From contig CAZVBK010000002.1 of assembly GCA_964625485.1 (NCBI GenBank), positions 1-36,917 on the forward strand: DNA of 36,917 bases. The letters are read 5' to 3'. The stretch comes from an uncultured Candidatus Saccharibacteria bacterium (lineage in GTDB: Bacteria; Patescibacteriota; Minisyncoccia; Phycocordibacterales; UBA9973). Each line of letters opens with the position of its first letter. Position 1 is the stretch's first letter. Below the pieces are notes generated by a model that was not told the origin of the DNA, did not search any database, and was given only the letters and a program-made list of their open reading frames with translations. The translations under genes were made by a program, and so were the position numbers. This document shows, one piece after another, positions 24,087-32,021 of this stretch.

Positions 24087-25061
24087 CTATTCATCAGGGC
24101 TTAGTCTGTATGGATCTGCTTTGGGTGGATAGGCTACGGGCGCCTTTGGTGTAGTTGGCTTTGCAATGTTGTCTAGAGAGTGTTCGGTTTTCTGGCTTCC
24201 CATTTGGAATGTTCCACCAAGCTTTTGGCTCAGAACTGGGGCTTTGGGTGGTACAGGGACAGGAGGGACTATGCTTTTCATGACTTCCGGAGCTTCAAGC
24301 TCCATAGCATTTAGGGTTACTGGCTGAGGAGCGACTGGCTTTGTCTCGTTTTCTGCAGGTCGAACTATTTTGGGTATATAAGCTTTTTCTTCTGGCTTAA
24401 CAAAAACCCCCATCATTTCCCTCCTTATGTCTTTCAAGACAGTGTCATTTACTTCATTTACGATCGTCCTACTTTCTGTTTCGTCTACCGATAGTCTAGA
24501 TTTTATTTCGTCAGCAAATTTATCCGGAGAGGTCGCACCCAACATGATATTTACAGTCACTTCTTCGAGTTTACCCATCTGGTCCACGGTGAGTTTGTGT
24601 TTCTGGGCTACTGCATAAAGTTTGTTTGCGTAGCCTGAGTTCTTGATGGCTCGTTGGATGTCCGTAGATAGAGACGCAAATCTTTGATCAAGATTACTTT
24701 CCACTAGATCATTTTCACCTGCCATTTCCTTTTCGTTTTGAGCAAAAACTTTCTCAAGATCCCCTTTGATGTCTTTGAGAATAGAGTTGTTTATTTGTTC
24801 TAGGATTTTTGTGCCGATATCCGCTGAGAGTTTGGAATTATTTTTTATGGTCTCCTCGTATTCTTTATAAGAAATAGCACCCAGCATGAACAGTGTGGTC
24901 TCGGTGGCGATATCGCTTGTTTCTTCTTCTGTTAGGACCATGTCCGAACAAATATTTTTCAGAGTTTCAAGCCAAGCCATGTCAGAAAAAACCTTTTGAG
25001 CTTGTGGTGTAAGCTTGGAATAATACAGGGCGATATTCTTTTGTAATTCTTGTTTATCCAT
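24087..25061 (-). CDS. soluble protein with an internal ~64-aa duplication and a Pro-rich tail; unknown function
   Basis: Repeat 1: LTEEETSDIATETTLFMLGAISYKEYEETIKNNSKLSADIGTKILEQINNSILKDIKGDLEKVF. Repeat 2: LTVDQMGKLEEVTVNIMLGATSPDKFADEIKSRLSVDETESRTIVNEVNDTVLKDIRREMMGVF. The C-terminus is P/V/A-rich. No TM. Confidence 0.5.
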   Translation of the reverse strand: MDKQELQKNIALYYSKLTPQAQKVFSDMAWLETLKNICSDMVLTEEETSDIATETTLFMLGAISYKEYEETIKNNSKLSADIGTKILEQINNSILKDIKGDLEKVFAQNEKEMAGENDLVESNLDQRFASLSTDIQRAIKNSGYANKLYAVAQKHKLTVDQMGKLEEVTVNIMLGATSPDKFADEIKSRLSVDETESRTIVNEVNDTVLKDIRREMMGVFVKPEEKAYIPKIVRPAENETKPVAPQPVTLNAMELEAPEVMKSIVPPVPVPPKAPVLSQKLGGTFQMGSQKTEHSLDNIAKPTTPKAPVAYPPKADPYRLSPDE

Positions 25062-25113
25062 TTGATTCTAAATTTATTTTTACTTTCTACTTTGAACTTT
25101 TCACTTTAGACTT

Positions 25114-27573
25114 CTAGTGATGTCCTCCGCCTCCTCCATGGTCACCTTTGTCTGGGGCATGAGCTGCGCTGGGTTTTCCGTGTCCGTCCCCTCCACCCAG
25201 ATCACTTAATTTCACATCAACCTTCATATTTTTTAACGATTCGTTTATGATCTGTCCAAGGTCACCCATGAAGTTGCCTTTTGGTGTTCCTGTGTCAAAC
25301 CCAGTTGCTTTCTTCATACCCATTCTCATTCCTGCGGCCACCGCGGTGATTATTCCCAAACCGACTTTTGCTGACAATCCCTCTCTTTTGTCTGTAGCGA
25401 TATTGGCTATATTTCTAACATCATAAGTTCCAGTTGTTGATTTTGCTGCCATTCTGTTTAGAATACCGACTGATTGTTTGGCTTCGTCTTGTATGTGATC
25501 AAAATCTGCGTTTGCTCTGGTTTTTGCCAGATTTTTTAATATGTCGTTAAATTCAGAATTTAGTGTATCTTCTACTCCCTTTTTGGCAGAATCTTTTAGT
25601 TCTCCAGTGGATGGGTCTATATTATTAATATCGTAACCAACTTGTTTAGTTAAGGCATCTCGTCTTTCCTTTTTGTATTGAGCTTCACCTTTTGCGTCGA
25701 CGACACCGTTTTCACTAATCAAAATATCTTTGTCGTCATTGTCGTAGCCTCTTCTTATTTGCTTCTCTATCTCTGCTAGTTTTTCTTTTCTAAAGGTAGA
25801 TTTAATTTTTTCTTCTTCTACCCCGGAGAGTCGATCGTTACCTACTCCTTCTAATCCAAGTTTCTTTTTTACGGCGTCTACTTCGTGTCTCGCGTGCTCA
25901 ATTTTACCAGAAGTTTTTTGGCTAGCGTTTATTCTTCCACCGATAATTGTCTTTAGGTTTGTCTGAGCACCTGCTGCCCCTGGCGTAGTCCTCTTGTAGT
26001 TTTCCCAATGATCATTGAAAGACCCTTGCTTGCCACCGAGCTCCCACTGACTTCTAGCTTTGCCGTAGTGCATAGCATCTTCTGTTCTAGAATAACCCGC
26101 CAATACCTTACTACCTTGTCTTCCCGCCGCAGCTGCACCTACGGCTGTTAGTGCGGCACCACCCAACACCAAACCGCCTGCAATTTTAGCACTAGACATC
26201 GCCATAGACCCCAACTGCCCAGAGCCCTTCTTTGCATAGTCGGTAGCTTTAATAAGTAAAATAATGAATATCAATGATGGTATGAGTATGAGTATGAGCA
26301 CTTGCATGAATTCCATTGTGTCTGTTGGCTTTGGCGTAAGAGGATGTTTAGACATCACGGCTATCAGATACAAGAAGAACATGAAAACTGGCGCCATAAA
26401 AGCACTTGATAGCAATTTGGTGGACCAGTTGGACCAACCTATCCCCTCCACCCCACTGAGTTTGGGCACAGGATAAGACATGAAAGCAAACGGAGAAAAT
26501 ATGATAAGGATCCAGAGTTCCACTAGTCTTCCCAAGAAGCTCAAACCGGAAATAAAGAAAGCATAGGCAGCAAATAGCATGATCGCTCCAGCAATGATCG
26601 CGATCATTATCATCAAAGAGGTGGATTCGCGAAGTGGTTCTGAGAGTATGCCGAATACCGTTACGCGTTTGTTCAACAACCCTTCGTCCATCATCCTAGT
26701 GATATTGAATGCGCCTACGAGTTGACCGGCTATGTCTTTTTCTGCCACGCCAGTGAAGCTCGGAGAGAGTGATGCGGAGTAAGCGACTTGGCTACTTATG
26801 GCTATTTTGTTGTAGATAGTCAACGCCATGATGTTTGAAGCATCGATAACGACTTTAGTAAAGAACATACTAAAGTTTATGAGCATGGCCATGATGATGA
26901 CCCAGACGATCATTTTATTGGAGTCATGCCCCCCGAGGCCAAGTATCATTTTGATAGCTATATACAGGAGAATAAAAATGAAGAAAATATTGGACAAGTC
27001 TCGTACTACTGCCCATGAGTTTTCGATGAAGCCCCCTTCGTATAGTTGGGTGCCTATCGACAGTGCCAACAATGAATTGAAAAGCTTGGCCGTAACCGTC
27101 AGGATACCAGCTGGGATACTGAAAAATATCCAGTAAGCAAAAGCCCGCAGACAACCTTGCATAAAATTGGCGGAAAAAATTTCACAATTTCGGATACTCA
27201 TCGCTTTTTCGAATTCTGTGGGTTCGTTGCCAGGGGTCGGCTGAACTGGAGCATTCCCTCCAGTATTGTTGTTACCACCGGTGTTTGCGACTGGGCCACA
27301 ATTCGCTATTGCTGTTGCTTGGGCTGAGTTTAGTGCGGGGGTCCCGGCAGGCAAAACATAAGCAGCAGCCAAGCACACCTCTTGAGGTGTTGCCGCCAAG
27401 CTCTGACAAGAAGAGTAATTTGGTAGTGTCCCCACTGGTGTTGATCGCGTAGTGTTGCTTAGGCAAGTCTGGAAAGGCGAAGTTCCCTGAGCGTTTATCT
27501 CTGTTTTCGCAAAGAAAACACCACCAACTATGGCAAGGGCGAGTATTATGATTTTTCCAATAATTTTTTTCAT
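25114..27573 (-). CDS. VirB6/TrbL-like polytopic membrane protein with Cys-containing exposed N-domain and long charged C-terminal domain
   Basis: Signal peptide, then a ~110-aa Cys/Thr/Asn-rich segment. Roughly 7-8 TM helices lie between residues ~140 and ~470 (FAYWIFFSIPAGILTV..., IFFIFILLYIAIKMILGL..., LILILIPSLIFIILLI). A ~330-aa K/E/D-rich domain follows, ending in GGGDGHGKPSAAHAPDKGDHGGGGGHH. Confidence 0.55.
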   Translation of the reverse strand: MKKIIGKIIILALAIVGGVFFAKTEINAQGTSPFQTCLSNTTRSTPVGTLPNYSSCQSLAATPQEVCLAAAYVLPAGTPALNSAQATAIANCGPVANTGGNNNTGGNAPVQPTPGNEPTEFEKAMSIRNCEIFSANFMQGCLRAFAYWIFFSIPAGILTVTAKLFNSLLALSIGTQLYEGGFIENSWAVVRDLSNIFFIFILLYIAIKMILGLGGHDSNKMIVWVIIMAMLINFSMFFTKVVIDASNIMALTIYNKIAISSQVAYSASLSPSFTGVAEKDIAGQLVGAFNITRMMDEGLLNKRVTVFGILSEPLRESTSLMIMIAIIAGAIMLFAAYAFFISGLSFLGRLVELWILIIFSPFAFMSYPVPKLSGVEGIGWSNWSTKLLSSAFMAPVFMFFLYLIAVMSKHPLTPKPTDTMEFMQVLILILIPSLIFIILLIKATDYAKKGSGQLGSMAMSSAKIAGGLVLGGAALTAVGAAAAGRQGSKVLAGYSRTEDAMHYGKARSQWELGGKQGSFNDHWENYKRTTPGAAGAQTNLKTIIGGRINASQKTSGKIEHARHEVDAVKKKLGLEGVGNDRLSGVEEEKIKSTFRKEKLAEIEKQIRRGYDNDDKDILISENGVVDAKGEAQYKKERRDALTKQVGYDINNIDPSTGELKDSAKKGVEDTLNSEFNDILKNLAKTRANADFDHIQDEAKQSVGILNRMAAKSTTGTYDVRNIANIATDKREGLSAKVGLGIITAVAAGMRMGMKKATGFDTGTPKGNFMGDLGQIINESLKNMKVDVKLSDLGGGDGHGKPSAAHAPDKGDHGGGGGHH

Positions 27574-27611
27574 GCTAATTCAACTAACAATTTAACTAAC
27601 CCCAAACAAAA

Positions 27612-30167
27612 CTAAAATGTCGGATCACCTGCGCGTTTGTACTCCTGGTCGTTAACTTCAAACAATGACATGCATTCAATATCAACTATAACTGGAGCAT
27701 ATGTCTTGGTGTAATCTCCGTATATTCCCTGTGCGTTCACCATCGGCAGTGTTTCATATCCAGGATTCCCCTTCGGGTTGACTACGTTTCTGAAAGTAAA
27801 GAAATTATTCGTTCCCAAATAGTTTTTATTAGAAGCCTCTCCTTGGCGAATTACTTCTCCGTGACTGTATCCACTGTTAATAGGCAGTAAGCAGAATTGT
27901 TCGAGCTCCGTACCGTTTGAAATATAGTCAACAATATTGTTTTTAAAGACACCACCAGATTTGCCGCCCAATGTGGTTATGGGACGTACTCCTACAGCGC
28001 TTGGTTGATAACTAAGATATTTCCTTGTGCGGTCAGTCGGTAGTCTAAATCCAGCCAGGAGTTTCGGTGCACCTCCTGGCGTGCCCATCCAGAAATAAGC
28101 AACAGGGTTTGGTGGTAGCCATCCAGCAGCTGTTCTTTCTTTATTGCAGTCGTCTAAAAGCGCCAAGATTCTTTGGTGTTTTTGTTCTATTAGATCTTTT
28201 TCGTTTCTAGTGTTTTCAATGCTGGCTTCACTTGCTATTTGGTTCTCGAGTGCTAGGTATTGTCTTCTAATTGTTTTTAGTTGGGTGTCTGGTTGTGACC
28301 CAGGAGTTGGCTGAGATGTTATCGCGGACAGTGCTCTCTCGATAGCCTTTAGTTTTGCAAGGACTGTTGTCTTCTCCCTTCTTTTATCTGTAAATTCTTT
28401 AAGCTTTTGTCCGAGGCTATCTGTTTCTTTCACGGCATCGATAAATAGCGCTGAGCTAGGAAGAGCCAAACCACCCCTTTGAGGATAATTTGGATCAGGC
28501 ACCGTTATCATTTGGACACTTATCCAGTCTTTAAACTCGCTGACTGCAAATTTTAAATCTTCTATTACGCCATGCACAGCTTTAACTTTCTCCTCGTCTT
28601 GGCTGGATGTTTCGTCCATTAGTTGACCATTGGTGATCCTCTCTTTCTCTGCGTCTAGTCTAGCTTCCCAACCTTTGTTTGGTCCTGGGATACACTGGTC
28701 TAATTCTTTGACTTTAGGCCATGAGAGATCTAGTAGTTGTATTATGCCCAATTTGAGAGTGTTTACCGGCCCCTTGCCGTCATTATTTGCTGTTCCGTCA
28801 TGGGTCATAATATCAAGCTCGGCTTGAGTTAATTCTACGGCGCCAGGGACGAACTTTGTGATAGGTAGACCGTTTATGTCTACTGTATTTACAGTACCAC
28901 CACTGACTTGTTGTTTGAAAACTCCCAAGTCTACTTCAAGGTTTGTCCAGTTGTTTCCGCTTCCGCCTGTTACAGAAGAGTCCAGACTGTTGCCATAGTA
29001 GTCGAAATCATCGGCTGCTGGCGCAGGGTTGCTGTTGGTTGCGAGTCCTCCCAGACCGCTATCTTTCGCAAAGAACTTCACAAGCATCGCATCAAATATC
29101 GCACCAATACCTGTGCCCAATGCGGCGGCGAGTTCTTTTTGGGTTTGAGTTGTGCCGAGTGTTTTGGTTATCTGGCTACCTATGACAAATCCAGGAGTTG
29201 TTTTTTTGAGTCCTTCAGGGCAGGTGTTTGTCAAAGCCCAGGTGCTATAAGCGGAATTTTTCAAATTGTCGTATTGTTGTGCGTATTGGTTTTGAGCAGC
29301 GATATAAGCAGGGTCAAATTCATCTCCTCCATACTTGTTTATATCAGGAAAAACAAGACTTGCTGGAGGCGTGAAATTAAAGCTTGGACGATTGTATTCA
29401 TTTTTTGAAAGACTGTTGTAAGCAGGACGGGATTCACAGTAATCCGGAGAAAGAAAGCCCAAGCCTTGTTGGAGCATGTCGTTCACCTTCTCCGCTGGCT
29501 TTTTTATTGCTCCGTCTATACGCCTAGATATTTCTTGGCTGGCGACAGCGTCGAACCCCATAGGATTGTTCTGAGGGAACTGAGTATTTACCAGAAATGC
29601 ATCCCAGCCACCGGTCTCGAAGTTAATGCGTAGGTTTCTTTGAGCTACTGGGTCATTGGTCACCTGACTTAGGGAGTAAGCCGCGTTATCCTGAAGTTGT
29701 TTTTTGTATGCGCTTATGACATTTAAAGCATACTGTTTGCCGAAGGGGTACTGGATGTTGTCATAGCCGATGACTTGTATAAAGTCTTTTACTTGAAACT
29801 TGGCGACATCTTTGAAAAAAGATTGAGGATTTTCGAGAAATAGCGGTGCTCCGTGGAAACCGCTATTGATCCAATTCACGGTGCTCTTAGTCATTTCAGC
29901 TAGCGCCCTTTTTGCCAGCACCATCAACATTTGTTTGGCAATTTCTTTAACAAAGTCTTTAAGTGATAGTGATGTTTGCGTCCCTTCCGCTGCGGCACTG
30001 CTTCCTGAGAATATCGTGAGTATGCCACGCTGAAGGGCGGCTACGAAATCCGTAAACTGAGCCTCTGCTTTTTTAGGCTTAGCAAAAACAGCCACAGATG
30101 GGGCTAATATAGCAAGAATCAATAGGGAGGAGATGAACTGTTGGATTTTTTTATTTTGAAAATTCAT
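27612..30167 (-). CDS. large signal-anchored/secreted protein, no recognisable family
   Basis: 851 aa with N-terminal FISSLLILAILAPSVAVFA. The rest is hydrophilic, with a central coiled-coil-like stretch (KLKEFTDKRREKTTVLAKLKAIERAL...). No motif I can name. Confidence 0.45.
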   Translation of the reverse strand: MNFQNKKIQQFISSLLILAILAPSVAVFAKPKKAEAQFTDFVAALQRGILTIFSGSSAAAEGTQTSLSLKDFVKEIAKQMLMVLAKRALAEMTKSTVNWINSGFHGAPLFLENPQSFFKDVAKFQVKDFIQVIGYDNIQYPFGKQYALNVISAYKKQLQDNAAYSLSQVTNDPVAQRNLRINFETGGWDAFLVNTQFPQNNPMGFDAVASQEISRRIDGAIKKPAEKVNDMLQQGLGFLSPDYCESRPAYNSLSKNEYNRPSFNFTPPASLVFPDINKYGGDEFDPAYIAAQNQYAQQYDNLKNSAYSTWALTNTCPEGLKKTTPGFVIGSQITKTLGTTQTQKELAAALGTGIGAIFDAMLVKFFAKDSGLGGLATNSNPAPAADDFDYYGNSLDSSVTGGSGNNWTNLEVDLGVFKQQVSGGTVNTVDINGLPITKFVPGAVELTQAELDIMTHDGTANNDGKGPVNTLKLGIIQLLDLSWPKVKELDQCIPGPNKGWEARLDAEKERITNGQLMDETSSQDEEKVKAVHGVIEDLKFAVSEFKDWISVQMITVPDPNYPQRGGLALPSSALFIDAVKETDSLGQKLKEFTDKRREKTTVLAKLKAIERALSAITSQPTPGSQPDTQLKTIRRQYLALENQIASEASIENTRNEKDLIEQKHQRILALLDDCNKERTAAGWLPPNPVAYFWMGTPGGAPKLLAGFRLPTDRTRKYLSYQPSAVGVRPITTLGGKSGGVFKNNIVDYISNGTELEQFCLLPINSGYSHGEVIRQGEASNKNYLGTNNFFTFRNVVNPKGNPGYETLPMVNAQGIYGDYTKTYAPVIVDIECMSLFEVNDQEYKRAGDPTF

Positions 30168-30206
30168 TTTCTGGTTTAACCTTGTTCTTATTATATAATT
30201 TAAAAC

Positions 30207-31202
30207 TTAGTTATTCAATTTATTCACTATTCCTGCGTTCAGTTTAATGATACTTTCTTCAAGTAATGCAGAATTTTTCTCAAATTGGCTCATGGCTGAC
30301 ATGGCGATGATGGTGTCAGTGCCGAAAAGCTGGATGTCTTCTAGCGTCTCCATATTTTGTTCTAGAGAATTCATGAAGTTTAGGTGAAGTGGCATTATCG
30401 AAATCGGTACTTCCATCTTGGCCATTCCAGACAGTACGGCCGAGGTTTGTTTTATTATAGGGTCAAGTTTTAAAAGAATGGTGGAATCCGGCTCTTCTCC
30501 GCTAGCTATAAATTCTTGGATTATGTCTAAAACATACATGTCCTTAGAGTAAATCAGATACAGCCTTCCTAGGTCATCGTTGTATTTTGTAATAGCTGTT
30601 TTGTCGTCTTTAGCAGAGATCTTGATGTCAGACGCTAAAAAAACCTTACGAATCGGGACGTTTTGAAGTTGTCCTGCAAGTGTCTCCCCTAGTTTGTCTA
30701 CGGTTTCTTGGTCAATGGGTCCTGATTGGGTGAGAGTAGCCACTGTAGAGAAAAGCTCTCTTGAGAATTTGTCGGTTTGGGTAAGTACCTCTTCTTCGTC
30801 TCCTTCGATTGGAGTAAAGCCAGATTCGTTTTCTGCCTTGAGTTTGGCTATGGCTATGTCGTCTTCTCTGCCGTCCCCGTCTGTGTCTCTTACGTTCGGG
30901 TCAGTGCCCCAAAGATTCTCCTCCCAGTCAGCTACGCCATCTTGGTCTGAGTCTAGACTCACCAAGTCCCCTATTTTCTCTTCTCCAAACGCGAGACCTA
31001 TTTGGTTTGCCACCTCATTTTTGTGCTCAGATTTTGTTTTTAAGAAGAAAACGACGCCAAGAAATAGCACCGCTAAAACGATTACAAGAATCCTTTTGTT
31101 TTTTAGCCAATTAAATTTAGTTATGCTAGTAATTATAGCACTTCTGCCTAAGTAAACTAGCAAAAAAGTGTGAAAAACTATTGCTTTGCAAGATTTATCC
31201 AA
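30207..31202 (-). CDS. membrane-anchored protein with thrombospondin-type-3-like Ca-binding Asp repeats; first gene of the cluster, start uncertain
   Basis: TM ILVIVLAVLFLGVVFFL, then DSDQDGVADWEENLWGTDPNVRDTDGDGREDD (DxDxDG-type repeats). The track start is a TTG that overlaps rsmA by 25 nt. Alternatives are in-frame TTG 31163 or a start near 31124 (see findings). Confidence 0.5.
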   Translation of the reverse strand: MDKSCKAIVFHTFLLVYLGRSAIITSITKFNWLKNKRILVIVLAVLFLGVVFFLKTKSEHKNEVANQIGLAFGEEKIGDLVSLDSDQDGVADWEENLWGTDPNVRDTDGDGREDDIAIAKLKAENESGFTPIEGDEEEVLTQTDKFSRELFSTVATLTQSGPIDQETVDKLGETLAGQLQNVPIRKVFLASDIKISAKDDKTAITKYNDDLGRLYLIYSKDMYVLDIIQEFIASGEEPDSTILLKLDPIIKQTSAVLSGMAKMEVPISIMPLHLNFMNSLEQNMETLEDIQLFGTDTIIAMSAMSQFEKNSALLEESIIKLNAGIVNKLNN

Positions 31203-31978
31203 TCTTCGAGTTTTAGGTTTTCAGCACGAGAGTTTTCGAGTCCGAGTTTGGTGATTTTTTCAGTCGAAACAATGTTTTTTAGATTACCGGAAAGCATTTT
31301 TCTCTTGTGGGCAAAACCGGTTTTAACTATTTCCCAAAAAACCTCTTCCGAGATGTTGTTTTCCTGGAAAGTGCCCCTGGAAATGCCTGAAATTGAGATA
31401 ATTGCCGAGTCCACCTTGGGCGCTGGAGAAAAGTACCTTGCTGGGACTTTCATGACAAGCTTTGGATCCCCGTAAACCCTTACAGAGATTGATAGAATGC
31501 TTTCTTTGCCATCCCTAGCCACTACCCTTTCAGCCACCTCTTTCTGGACCATAAGGACCATTCTTTCTGGTTGAGTGTGCCCGGCGAGGAATTTCTTGAG
31601 TATTGCGCCCGTGATGTTGTAAGGAATGTTGGCTATAACTTTGTAACCGCCAGACTTGAGTCCGTTCTCGCTGGGCTCGAACTCTAAAGCGTCCCCCTCA
31701 ATCAACATAAATCTTTTCGTTTTTATTTCTTCAGCAAATTTCTCTCGGAGTGTTTCTAGTAGGTCTCTATCTTTCTCTATCGCTATCACCAGACCAGCGT
31801 TTTCTAAAAGTTTGGCAGTCAATGCGCCCTTACCCGGCCCGATTTCTAAAATTGTGTCTGAGTTTTTTATTTCTCCTACTTCAATTATTTTATTTAGCGC
31901 AGGCACAGACTTCAGGAAATTTTGCCCAAGGGATTTCTTTGCCTTATGTATTTTGGGAAACTTGTTTAAATTTTGCAT
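31178..31978 (-). CDS. rsmA: 16S rRNA (adenine1518/1519-N6)-dimethyltransferase
   Basis: KKSLGQNFL, SAM-binding EIGPGKGALT, ANIPYNIT. 266 aa. Confidence 0.93.
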   Translation of the reverse strand: MQNLNKFPKIHKAKKSLGQNFLKSVPALNKIIEVGEIKNSDTILEIGPGKGALTAKLLENAGLVIAIEKDRDLLETLREKFAEEIKTKRFMLIEGDALEFEPSENGLKSGGYKVIANIPYNITGAILKKFLAGHTQPERMVLMVQKEVAERVVARDGKESILSISVRVYGDPKLVMKVPARYFSPAPKVDSAIISISGISRGTFQENNISEEVFWEIVKTGFAHKRKMLSGNLKNIVSTEKITKLGLENSRAENLKLEDWINLAKQ

Positions 31979-32021
31979 TTTACTTTATACTTTTAACTTT
32001 CTACTTTAAACTCTGCGTCTT

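Noticed and set aside
26281-26298. Hexanucleotide (TATGAG)x3 microsatellite in the VirB6-like gene as a phase-variation switch
   Set aside because: The unit length is a multiple of three, so copy-number change stays in frame (it encodes LILILI within a TM helix). Three copies are too few for efficient slippage.
17419-31202. The T4SS-like cluster as an integrated conjugative element or prophage remnant
   Set aside because: There is no integrase, relaxase, coupling protein, replication or partition module, no flanking direct repeats, and no tRNA at the borders. The composition looks like the rest of the window. The cluster is wedged between core genes (jag and rsmA).
28630-31475. Plus-strand ORFs 28630-28827, 28908-29408, 28943-29185, 30694-31155 and 31170-31475
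   Set aside because: They are antisense to the long 851-aa, 331-aa and rsmA frames, with no start-site signals. Cys/Arg/Ser-rich translations are typical of non-coding frames.
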